Positions 21,509 to 29,418 of a stretch of DNA of 64,000 nucleotides are shown piece by piece. The notes under the pieces are model-generated. The model was not told the origin of the DNA. It made no database searches and saw only the letters and a list, made by a program, of their open reading frames with translations. The stretch's first letter is position 1, and the number at the start of each line of letters is the position of its first letter. This stretch comes from an uncultured Chloroflexia bacterium (GTDB taxonomy: Bacteria; Chloroflexota; Limnocylindria; QHBO01), in the NCBI GenBank assembly GCA_963825905.1, contig CAWGUL010000007.1, forward strand, positions 737,564 to 801,563, given 5' to 3'. Position numbers and translations under genes: made by a program.

Positions 21509-23205
21509 CGCGGCGGCTCCGGGTCGAGGGCGAACGCGTCCCGCCAGCCGGCGAGCACCGCCCGGCGGTCATCGGTCCGTCGCGGGAGGGACGTCGGAAC
21601 GTCGCGGGCGTCGAAGACGAGGCCGGCGGCACCGCCGGTGACCTCGGCGCGCACGCCGGAACTGCGCCTGGCGCCGCCCAGCGACACGCCGGCGGCTAGC
21701 TCGATCTCGAGCTCGGCGCGCGCGCCACGCGGGAGCGGGTGGCGGACGATCGCACCGGCCCGCACCACGAGCTGCTCCTCGTGCCATCCCGCGCGCCGGA
21801 CGGCGACGCGCATCGCGGTCTGCCCGGCGCGCACGCCCCGGCAGACGACCGCCGACCCGAGCGGGATGAGCGCGTCGCCCAGGATCGCGGTGAGTGCATC
21901 CTCGAGCTCGCCGTCCTCGAGCGAGCCGAGCGGGCCGAGCACGTCGGCGGGGTCGATGGCGAGCTGGGTGACCCCGACCGGGCGCAGGCCGTCGAGCAGC
22001 ATCGCCATCGCCTGCGACGGCGTCGGCGCGGCCGCGAGCGTGCGGCCGGCGGCCACGACGAGGTCGACGCCCTCGATCCCGCCTTCCTGCGTCGTCATCT
22101 GCTCCAGTCGCACCCGCGCCGCCGCCTGCGTGATCGTCAGCTCGTCCTCGGTCTGCGGCAGCGCCGCCGGCCGCGTTCGCAGGTTCTGGAGGACATCCGC
22201 CACCGCCAGGTCATCGATCGCATGCGCCAGATGGCGGCCGACACGCGACGCCATGCCGCCGGCCACGAGCTGGCCGGACGCCATCCCACCTGCCGCGAAG
22301 ACCCGGCCCGCGGGGCGACCCGCGGCATCGGCGCGAACCCAGGTCGCGTACCTGGCGCCAATGTCGACGCCGACGACGGTGAGGCCGGTGCCACGTGCCA
22401 CCGCGCCGATCGCGCGTCGGAAGGCAATCGGCGCCAGGCGGCGGACCCCGCGGGGCTCGACCATCCCCTGAAGCAGCGTCTCGAGGTGCGCGCGGAGGGG
22501 CTCCGGGTCGCGGACGCCGGGTCGCGGGCTCGCATTCGGCGCGACCTGGAGCCGCTCCCCGACGAGCTCGCGCACGGCCGTCTCACCCGCGGACGAGCCG
22601 GCCCAGACGAGCGGCGCCTCAGCATCTGGTCCGCGCGCGGCGGCGGCGAGCGCCGCCAGCTCGAGCGCCGGAGCAGGGTCGCCGTCGTCGAAGCCACCGA
22701 CCACGAGCCAGGCGTCGGGATCGGCGTCGCGGAGCGCCTCGAGCCGGACGACGAGCGAGCGACCGTCGTCCGCCGTCGCCTCCTCGACCACGAGCCAGCC
22801 CGCCGACTCGGCCGCCTGCCGCGCGGCCGCGGCCGACACGTCGTGCGCCACCGCGGCCAGCGCGATCCGCCCCGGCCGCGCCGGCGTGCGGCACACGATG
22901 CGCGCGCCGTCGGCGATGAGCGTCTCCAGGTGATCCGCGAACGCCGGATCGGCGTTCGGGCGCAGGGCGGCCGCGAGGCTCCGGACGAGCTCGGCGCGCG
23001 GCCAGTCGGACGGTTGCGAGGCGTGCGCCACGACCCTCCAGCGGCCGTTGGCGTGCGCCACGAGCGAAGCCTTCGTCCACGCCGAGCCGACGTCGATGAG
23101 GAGCGAGCAGTCCGCCATGGGGACCTCGGCGCCGGCCGGGGACGGGATGGGCATCTCCTCCTCGCCGGGCACCGGCTCCGGCGGGGAGAGCGGTTCGTCG
23201 CTCAT
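21505..23205 (-). CDS. ASKHA-superfamily ATPase, glutamate-mutase MutL-like (uncharacterized)
   Basis: Trimmed to ATG 23205 (566 aa). N-terminal SLLIDVGSAWTKASLV phosphate-1-like motif of actin/sugar-kinase fold ATPases; the family assignment is from memory and untested. The Arg-rich 360-codon upstream extension was rejected. Confidence 0.5.
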   Translation of the reverse strand: MSDEPLSPPEPVPGEEEMPIPSPAGAEVPMADCSLLIDVGSAWTKASLVAHANGRWRVVAHASQPSDWPRAELVRSLAAALRPNADPAFADHLETLIADGARIVCRTPARPGRIALAAVAHDVSAAAARQAAESAGWLVVEEATADDGRSLVVRLEALRDADPDAWLVVGGFDDGDPAPALELAALAAAARGPDAEAPLVWAGSSAGETAVRELVGERLQVAPNASPRPGVRDPEPLRAHLETLLQGMVEPRGVRRLAPIAFRRAIGAVARGTGLTVVGVDIGARYATWVRADAAGRPAGRVFAAGGMASGQLVAGGMASRVGRHLAHAIDDLAVADVLQNLRTRPAALPQTEDELTITQAAARVRLEQMTTQEGGIEGVDLVVAAGRTLAAAPTPSQAMAMLLDGLRPVGVTQLAIDPADVLGPLGSLEDGELEDALTAILGDALIPLGSAVVCRGVRAGQTAMRVAVRRAGWHEEQLVVRAGAIVRHPLPRGARAELEIELAAGVSLGGARRSSGVRAEVTGGAAGLVFDARDVPTSLPRRTDDRRAVLAGWRDAFALDPEPPR

Positions 23206-23846
23206 CGGCCGATCCCCAGCCAGTCGACGACAAGGAAGGCGACCCGATCGGCAAGGAGGACGAGCCGCGACACGACGAGGTAGCCGAGCCACACGCCGAG
23301 GCCACCGAGCATGATCCAGCGTCCGGACCCGGCCAGGCCCGCGACGGCGCGGCTCCGCGGCTGCCCATGGACGAAGGCGAGCAGCACGAGGGTGGCGATG
23401 ATCGTCGCCACCAGACCCGAGGCCAGCGCCCCGCCGGTTGCCGCCGGCGAGAGCATCACCCCGCTCAGCTGGGGCATCACCGTGCCCACCGCTGCTCCGC
23501 CCAGCGCGAAGGCGGCGGTGGCGCCGAGGAGCACTGCCACCGGCAGCGCGCCGAGGGCAGGCGGCAGCCAGCGCGCGCCGAGGAGGAGCACGCCGGCCGC
23601 GAGCGCGAGCCAGAGCTCGGGGTGGCCGGCCGGCGCGGCGAGGAGCGGGGTGACGAGACGCGGGACGAGAACCTCGCGGATCGCGAGCAGCACGAGGTAG
23701 CCGGTGGCGAGGCCGGCGAGTAGGCGTTGTGACCACGCGAACGGGCGCCGCGCGCCGATGAGGATCGACCAGGTCAGCACCGTGGCCGCGGCCGCGACCC
23801 ACAGCGCAAGGACGCCACCGCCGCCGGCGTCGACGAGCCCGTTCAC
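23202..23846 (-). CDS. polytopic membrane protein (about 6 TM), uncharacterized
   Basis: 214 aa, almost entirely hydrophobic Ala/Leu/Gly helices. Stop overlaps the start of the MutL-like gene (ATGA). Confidence 0.45.
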   Translation of the reverse strand: MNGLVDAGGGGVLALWVAAAATVLTWSILIGARRPFAWSQRLLAGLATGYLVLLAIREVLVPRLVTPLLAAPAGHPELWLALAAGVLLLGARWLPPALGALPVAVLLGATAAFALGGAAVGTVMPQLSGVMLSPAATGGALASGLVATIIATLVLLAFVHGQPRSRAVAGLAGSGRWIMLGGLGVWLGYLVVSRLVLLADRVAFLVVDWLGIGR

Positions 23847-24721
23847 GTGGCGCTTCCCCCGTCGCGCGGCTGGCCGCGCAGCCGCCGCGCCACCGCCTCA
23901 CCCAGCACCGCAAGCGTGAGCAGCATGCCGAGCAGGATCGCGAGCGGTGCGGGCGGCAGGTCGCGGACGGTGGATGCCTCGCGGCCGGCCACGGTGCCGT
24001 CGGCGCGAACGAGGTCCACGTAGGCGGCGTCATCGCGCGCGGTGGCGAGGAGCGCCTCGAGCTGAGCCGTGCGCAGGTACGGCGCCGCCACCGGCTGGAG
24101 AGCCGTCGGCACGATCGCCGCGACGGGCAGGTCCGGCACGCGCGGGCTGACCTGCTCGACCCACGAGCGCGGGCCGATCTCGGTGCCGCCAACGACGACC
24201 GCCAGGTCGAACGCGCCGATCCCGCCGCCACCGGCGCGCAGCGCATCCGCGAGGGCGCCGCCGCTGCCGGTCGGGACGACGCTATGCACCGCACCGACGA
24301 GCCCGGCCTCGGCGCCTGCCCGGAAGCCGAGGTCGAGCAGGCGTGTCGTCTCCACCCCGCCGGCGCCCAGCCGCTCCAGCTCCGCGATCGCGAGCGCTCG
24401 GCCCTCCGGGCTGAAGCTCACGAACGAGAGGCTCGCGCCATGGGCGACGAGCTGGGCGAGTGCGGCGCGCACCGCCGGACGGATCTCCGCATAGGTGCCG
24501 ATATCGGGGTCGAAGGCGACGAGGACGCGGCCGCGCGCCGTCGAGGCGTCGAGCGCGATCTGGAAGGCACGCGCCGGCTCGCTGCGCGGGGCCGCCAGGC
24601 CGAGCCCGGCGAGCGGACCGACGAGCACGCCGATGAGCACGGCGGCGACCAGGCCGAGCGGTGCCAGGAATGCCACGAGCACTCGCAGCCGGCGCGTCCG
24701 TTGGCGCGGCGGCTCAGTCAT
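23843..24721 (-). CDS. bitopic membrane protein with Ala/Gly-rich extracytoplasmic(?) domain, uncharacterized
   Basis: Start taken at ATG 24721 (MTEPPRQRTRRLRVLVAFLAPLGLVAAVLIGVLVG, TM1), with a C-terminal TM (LAILLGMLLTLAVLG). Alternative start at 24769. Confidence 0.4.
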   Translation of the reverse strand: MTEPPRQRTRRLRVLVAFLAPLGLVAAVLIGVLVGPLAGLGLAAPRSEPARAFQIALDASTARGRVLVAFDPDIGTYAEIRPAVRAALAQLVAHGASLSFVSFSPEGRALAIAELERLGAGGVETTRLLDLGFRAGAEAGLVGAVHSVVPTGSGGALADALRAGGGGIGAFDLAVVVGGTEIGPRSWVEQVSPRVPDLPVAAIVPTALQPVAAPYLRTAQLEALLATARDDAAYVDLVRADGTVAGREASTVRDLPPAPLAILLGMLLTLAVLGEAVARRLRGQPRDGGSAT

Positions 24722-25325
24722 CGGTCCCGAGCCCGAACAGCACCCTCGCCGCCGCCACCGCGGTGGCAAGCGCCAGGCCGATGAGCAGGCCGGCGAACAC
24801 GCCGCCGACGGGCACGCGCAGCAGCCAGGCTGCAGCGCCCCCGAACGCCTCGCCGGCCGGCCCGCCGAAGGGGAGCAGCAGCACGATCGTCACCATCGCC
24901 GCCAGGAGCAGCACGGCGGTCTCGCGGCTGCGCACCTCCATCCCCCGCCGCGCGGCGGGCAGGAGGAAGACGGCGGTCAGGGCGAGCAGCGACGCGGCAA
25001 TCGGAACGAGGAGGGCGCCCACGACCCAGCGGACGACGGGGCTCGCCGCGCCGTCGGGCGCCACCAGGCCGGGTACGAGGACGACCGCCATCCCGACCAG
25101 AACGAGGGCCGAGCCGACGCGATCACCGTCCGGGTCGAGCAGCCCGCATGCATGGCGCACGAGCAGCGCCCCGCCGCCGAGCAGCGCGGCGGTCGCGAAC
25201 AGGATGCCGACGATGGCGAGGATCGCGCCCGCCAGCGCCTCGAGGCCAGGGTTCGCCACGAGGAGGTCGAGCAGGAGCAGGAGCCCGACGACGAGGAGCA
25301 GCGCCGCGGGGGCCGAGCGTCGCAC
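24714..25325 (-). CDS. polytopic membrane protein (about 5-6 TM), uncharacterized
   Basis: 203 aa hydrophobic; 3' end overlaps the start of the previous gene by 8 nt. Confidence 0.4.
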   Translation of the reverse strand: MRRSAPAALLLVVGLLLLLDLLVANPGLEALAGAILAIVGILFATAALLGGGALLVRHACGLLDPDGDRVGSALVLVGMAVVLVPGLVAPDGAASPVVRWVVGALLVPIAASLLALTAVFLLPAARRGMEVRSRETAVLLLAAMVTIVLLLPFGGPAGEAFGGAAAWLLRVPVGGVFAGLLIGLALATAVAAARVLFGLGTDD

Positions 25326-25328
25326 CGG

Positions 25329-26168
25329 CTAGCGGGCCGCCAGCGCCGCGGCGGGATCGCCTCCCAGCAGCGCCCAGGCGAGCGCGATCACGAGGACCGC
25401 CGCCGCGATGCCGATGAGGCGGTTCGTCGCCACCACGGCGATGCGCGACTGCCCGGCACCACGCAGGTCGGCGGGCGCCGCAAACAGGTCCGCGCCGATG
25501 AGCGCGCCGTCGCCGAGCAGCAGGACCGAGGGCGCCTCGCTCGCCTCGCCGAGCCCGATCCGGGTGGTGCCATCGCCGGCGGCGACTCCCGAGGCGAGGA
25601 GGAGCGACTCCTGGGCCGCTCCCCCGGCAAGGTGGCCCGCGCCCCCGGGACGGACGCTCGAAAGCGCGAGGCCCGCGGAGGCGGCTCGCCCCTCGCCCAC
25701 GAACTCGACCGTCGAGCGGCGGCGCCGTTCCGGCGTGTCGGTGCGGCGATGCGCGTCATCCACGGCATCGCCAGCGAGGAGCGCGGTGATCGGATCGTTC
25801 GTGGTGACGTGCAGCGGCACGCCGCTGCGCGCCGCCGCGCGAGCGACCTGCCCCAGCAGCGGCAGCCCGGCCAGTGTCTGGAGCCGCTCGCCGGCGGCGA
25901 CGGCGCGGGCGACGCCGGCCGTACCGAGGGAGAACGTCGCGGTGGCGCCTGCCTCGGCCGCGCGGGCCATCGACTGCCCGAGGGACGCGAAGCGACCGAG
26001 GTCGCGTGTCGTCCAGCGCGTCGTGGGCCGTGCCACGAGCGACAGGAGCACGAGGAGAACGGCGAGGATACCGATCGTCGGCGCCAGGCCGAGCCGGAGC
26101 GACGAGTCGTTGATCAGGTCCCCGACGAAGGAGACGAGGCGAGCGACGACGTCGCCGATGCCCGGCAT
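25329..26168 (-). CDS. bitopic membrane protein with Ala/Gly-rich central domain, uncharacterized
   Basis: 279 aa; N-terminal TM (ILAVLLVLLSLVA) and C-terminal TM (IGIAAAVLVIALAWALLGG). Its start overlaps the upstream small ORF stop by 1 nt. Confidence 0.4.
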   Translation of the reverse strand: MPGIGDVVARLVSFVGDLINDSSLRLGLAPTIGILAVLLVLLSLVARPTTRWTTRDLGRFASLGQSMARAAEAGATATFSLGTAGVARAVAAGERLQTLAGLPLLGQVARAAARSGVPLHVTTNDPITALLAGDAVDDAHRRTDTPERRRRSTVEFVGEGRAASAGLALSSVRPGGAGHLAGGAAQESLLLASGVAAGDGTTRIGLGEASEAPSVLLLGDGALIGADLFAAPADLRGAGQSRIAVVATNRLIGIAAAVLVIALAWALLGGDPAAALAAR

Positions 26169-26428
26169 CAGCCGGCGCCGTCGTGGGTCGGGCGGGGATC
26201 GTCGAGCGCGACGATGAGGCCCGCGTAGGCCTCGTCGTCACGCAGCGCGTCGTCGACCTCGTCGAGCCGACGGCCGAGCAGCGGGCGCAGCGACGGCCCG
26301 AGCAGGACTGCGAGGTCGGAAAGGAGCGGGCGGAGCGGGCGATGGATGTCGAGCAGCAGGCGCGCCGGCGCGCCGAGGCCGCGCCGCTGGAGCTCCCCCG
26401 CCAGCCCGCGGAGCTGCGGGTCGATCAT
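26168..26428 (-). CDS. small hypothetical protein (86 aa)
   Basis: ATG 26428 overlaps the macro-domain gene stop (ATGA) and its own stop overlaps the next start. Arg/Leu-rich with no recognizable domain; it is called only because of the coupling. Confidence 0.3.
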   Translation of the reverse strand: MIDPQLRGLAGELQRRGLGAPARLLLDIHRPLRPLLSDLAVLLGPSLRPLLGRRLDEVDDALRDDEAYAGLIVALDDPRPTHDGAG

Positions 26429-26961
26429 GAGGCGGCGGTGCGGATGGTCTCGAGCGCGCTCGCGTAGGCGGCGCCGTCCGCCGGCGAGGTGACGGCGATG
26501 ACGATCGACGTCGGCGCCCCGGGGCGGCCGCTGCGGGCGGCGATGGCGCCGAGCATGAGCAGCGCCGCGTCGGCGGGCGGGAAGACGCCGCGCTCGACGC
26601 CGAGCGGCGCGAGCGCCAGCCGCCTCAGCCCCATCGCCTCGGCGGCGTCGAAGGCGCCCTCGATGGCGGCCTCGAGCTGCGCCGCATCGGCGCGCAGATC
26701 GTGCCCGACCCCCACGGCGTGGATGACCCACGGCGCCGCGAGCTCGCCGCCGCCGGTGACGACCACGCGACCCGGTAGCACCGGGCCCTGGGTCACCGCG
26801 TCGCGCTCGACCGCGTCGCCGGCGACCCGTTTCACGGCCGCGGCGACACCGCTCGTCATGAAGAGGCTCTCGTTGGCGGGCACCACGATCGCGTCGACCT
26901 CCAGGTCGGCGAGGTCCCCCTGCCAGATGTCGATCTCGATCGGGAATGGCACGTCGGTCAA
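26425..26961 (-). CDS. macro domain protein (ADP-ribose binding / O-acetyl-ADP-ribose deacetylase-like)
   Basis: IEIDIWQGDLADLEVDAIVVPANESL and GGGELAAPWVIHAVG macro-domain motifs, 178 aa. Confidence 0.8.
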   Translation of the reverse strand: MTDVPFPIEIDIWQGDLADLEVDAIVVPANESLFMTSGVAAAVKRVAGDAVERDAVTQGPVLPGRVVVTGGGELAAPWVIHAVGVGHDLRADAAQLEAAIEGAFDAAEAMGLRRLALAPLGVERGVFPPADAALLMLGAIAARSGRPGAPTSIVIAVTSPADGAAYASALETIRTAAS

Positions 26962-28130
26962 CCCGCTGGTTCGGTGCGATCGCTCCCGGCTGCCTCTCCC
27001 ACGTGCACGCGGGGAAGGCGGCGGCGAAGCGCGGTCGTCACCTCGTAGTTGATAGTTCGCCGCTCGGCGGCGACCTCGTCGGCACTGATGCTGGCACCCA
27101 TCTGCTCACCGATGAGGACGAACTCGTCGTCGTAGGTTACATCGGGCACCTCGCCAACGTCGACGGTCAGGCCGTCCATGCTGATCGCCCCGACGATCGG
27201 CACCCGCTGTCCGCGCACGAGCGCCCAGCCGTTGTTGACGTGGACCCGCGGCCAGCCGTCGCCGTACCCGATCCCGAGCGTCGCGATCCGCGTCGCGCGC
27301 GGCGCGCGGAAGCGGAACCCATAGCCGATCGCCTCTCCCGCACCGAGGTCGAAGATGCGCAGCGGCAGCGCATGGACGCTGAGCGCCGGCCGGAGGCCCG
27401 GGTCCCGATCCGCGACGGCGGGTGGCAGCAGGCCGTAGAGGCTGAGGCCCGGCCGCACCGCATCCGCGAACGAGCCCGCGCGCGCGAGGATGCCGCTGCT
27501 TGCGCTGACGTGGACGAGCCCGGGGTCGACGCCCGCCGAGCGCATGGCGTCGAGGATGCGCGCGAGCCGCAGCAACTGAACGTCGGTCGCGGCGTCGTCC
27601 TCGCCGGGGACGGCGAGGTGGCTGAACGTCCCGCGCAGCGCAAGGTGCGGATCCCGCGTGATCGCGATCGCCAGGTCGGCCGCCTCCTCGCGGTCGCTTC
27701 CCTGGCGCCCGAGCCCGGTGTCGATCTTGAGGTGTACGGATGCGGGACGGCCGGCGCGCGCGGCGGCCGCGGACAGTGTCTCGCGGTCGAGCGGCGTCGA
27801 TACGATCGCGTCGAGGCCGGCCTCGACGGCCATCGACACCTCCGGCGGCCCGAGGGCCCAGAGCACGAGGATCGGCGCCTCGATCCCGGCTGCGCGCAGC
27901 CCGAGTGCCTCGTCGACGGTCGCGACCGCCAACCGCTCGACGCCGGCATGGAGCAGGGTCCGCGACACCGCGACGTCGCCGTGGCCGTACGCGTTCGCCT
28001 TCACGACGGCGATGACGGTCGTTGTCGCACCGGCGAGCTCCCGGAGCGCGGCGAGGTTCTGCCGGATCGCGTCGTGGTCGACCTCGACCCACGCGCGGTG
28101 CCGGCTGCGCCTTGCCCCCGGCTCGATCAT
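26958..28130 (-). CDS. alr: alanine racemase
   Basis: PLP-binding VVKANAYGHG motif, 390 aa from ATG 28130 (ATGA overlap with the upstream gene). The Arg-rich upstream extension was rejected. Confidence 0.9.
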   Translation of the reverse strand: MIEPGARRSRHRAWVEVDHDAIRQNLAALRELAGATTTVIAVVKANAYGHGDVAVSRTLLHAGVERLAVATVDEALGLRAAGIEAPILVLWALGPPEVSMAVEAGLDAIVSTPLDRETLSAAAARAGRPASVHLKIDTGLGRQGSDREEAADLAIAITRDPHLALRGTFSHLAVPGEDDAATDVQLLRLARILDAMRSAGVDPGLVHVSASSGILARAGSFADAVRPGLSLYGLLPPAVADRDPGLRPALSVHALPLRIFDLGAGEAIGYGFRFRAPRATRIATLGIGYGDGWPRVHVNNGWALVRGQRVPIVGAISMDGLTVDVGEVPDVTYDDEFVLIGEQMGASISADEVAAERRTINYEVTTALRRRLPRVHVGEAAGSDRTEPAG

Positions 28131-29023
28131 CGACCGCCCCGCAGCTGCTCGATCGCCCCGGGCAGCTGCGTGGCGATGTCGCGCGCGAGCACGCCGGCGC
28201 GCCCCACCCGGTCCTCGGCGATGAGCCCCGCGGCGCCGTGGACCGCGACCGCGCAGCACGCCGCGTCGAACGGCGCGAGGCCACCCGCCAGCAGGGCGCC
28301 GGTGACGCCGGCAAGCACGTCGCCCGACCCGGCGGTCGCGAGCGCGGGGGTGGCGATGTTCGAACGGCGCACGGACCCGTCGACGTCGGCGACGACCGTG
28401 TTGGCGCCTTTCAGGACGAGCACGCGCTGCCAGCGCAGGGCCGCGTCCCGGGCCGCGCTCATCCGGGCCTCGTCGTCGTCGGGCAGCGGGTCGTTCGCGG
28501 CGCGCCGCGTGAGGCGTCCGAACTCGCCCGGGTGCGGGGTGAGCACGAGCCGCTCGGGCACCGCGCGCCACCACGAGTCCTGCTCGGCGAGCGCGTTGAG
28601 GGCGTCGGCGTCGACGACGGTCGGCGTCGTGACCGCGGCGAGGAATGAGCGCGTGCGGCGCAGCGTCGCCGGCTGGTGGCCGAGGCCCGGACCGATGACG
28701 ACCGCGTCGTACGCGGCCGCCTCCGACTGCAGCCGCCGCCAGCCGCCGGGAGCCACGAGCCCGGGGGCCTCCTCGTCGAGGAGGAGCATCGTGAGCTCCG
28801 GCACCTGGCCAAGCAGCGCCATGCCGACCGATTCCGAGGTCGCCACGCTCACGAGGCCGGCGCCGGTGCGCGCGGCGCCGAGGCCGGCGAGCAGCGCGGC
28901 GCCCGCGTACTCGCGCGAGCCCGCCACGACAAGGACCTTGCCGAACGTTCCCTTGTGGGCGCGGGCGGGCCGCTCCGGCAGGTGCGCGGCGACCCAGCGC
29001 TGGCCGATGCCCGGGACGGACAC
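28127..29023 (-). CDS. nnrD: ADP-dependent NAD(P)H-hydrate dehydratase (YjeF C-terminal carbohydrate-kinase domain only)
   Basis: HKGTFGKVLVVAGSREYAGAALLAG and GSGDVLAG motifs. GTG 29023 overlaps the acpS stop by 1 nt (TAGTG). The 475 upstream codons are Arg-rich and non-protein-like, so no epimerase (YjeF-N) domain is present. Confidence 0.8.
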   Translation of the reverse strand: MSVPGIGQRWVAAHLPERPARAHKGTFGKVLVVAGSREYAGAALLAGLGAARTGAGLVSVATSESVGMALLGQVPELTMLLLDEEAPGLVAPGGWRRLQSEAAAYDAVVIGPGLGHQPATLRRTRSFLAAVTTPTVVDADALNALAEQDSWWRAVPERLVLTPHPGEFGRLTRRAANDPLPDDDEARMSAARDAALRWQRVLVLKGANTVVADVDGSVRRSNIATPALATAGSGDVLAGVTGALLAGGLAPFDAACCAVAVHGAAGLIAEDRVGRAGVLARDIATQLPGAIEQLRGGR

Positions 29024-29400
29024 TACCGGTGGGCGAGGTGCGCGGTCGCCACCGCGGCGGCCAGCTGTCGCTCGTGGCTGATCGAGACGGTGACCTCCTC
29101 GAGGCCGAGGTGCTCGGCGCGCAGCTTCGCCCGGCCGTGGAGCGTCACCTGCGGTGCGCCGGCGCGGTTCGGCAGGATCTCGATCTCCCGCCAGCCGACG
29201 CCGCGGACCCCGAGCCCGAGGACCTTGCTGATCGCCTCCTTGGCGGCCCAGCGGCCGGCGATGCGTGACGGGTTGCGGCGGCAGTACGCCTGTTCGGCAT
29301 CGGTCAGCACGCGAAGCCGAAACCGATCCGGGAAGCGGGCGAGGACGCCGACGATCCGCTCGATCTCGCAGAGATCGATCCCGATCTCGTGACGCGTCAT
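29023..29400 (-). CDS. acpS: holo-[acyl-carrier-protein] synthase
   Basis: GIDLCEIERI...WAAKEAISKVLG AcpS motifs, 125 aa. Confidence 0.85.
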   Translation of the reverse strand: MTRHEIGIDLCEIERIVGVLARFPDRFRLRVLTDAEQAYCRRNPSRIAGRWAAKEAISKVLGLGVRGVGWREIEILPNRAGAPQVTLHGRAKLRAEHLGLEEVTVSISHERQLAAAVATAHLAHR

Positions 29401-29418
29401 CGGCGCTCCCCGCGAGCC

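Noticed and set aside
20588-26228. Plus-strand ORFs (627 aa at 20588-22471; 577 aa at 24495-26228) opposite the uncharacterized block
   Set aside because: Extreme Arg/Ala/Pro composition. The minus-strand genes show ordered stop/start coupling and membrane-protein-like hydropathy, which favours the minus strand.
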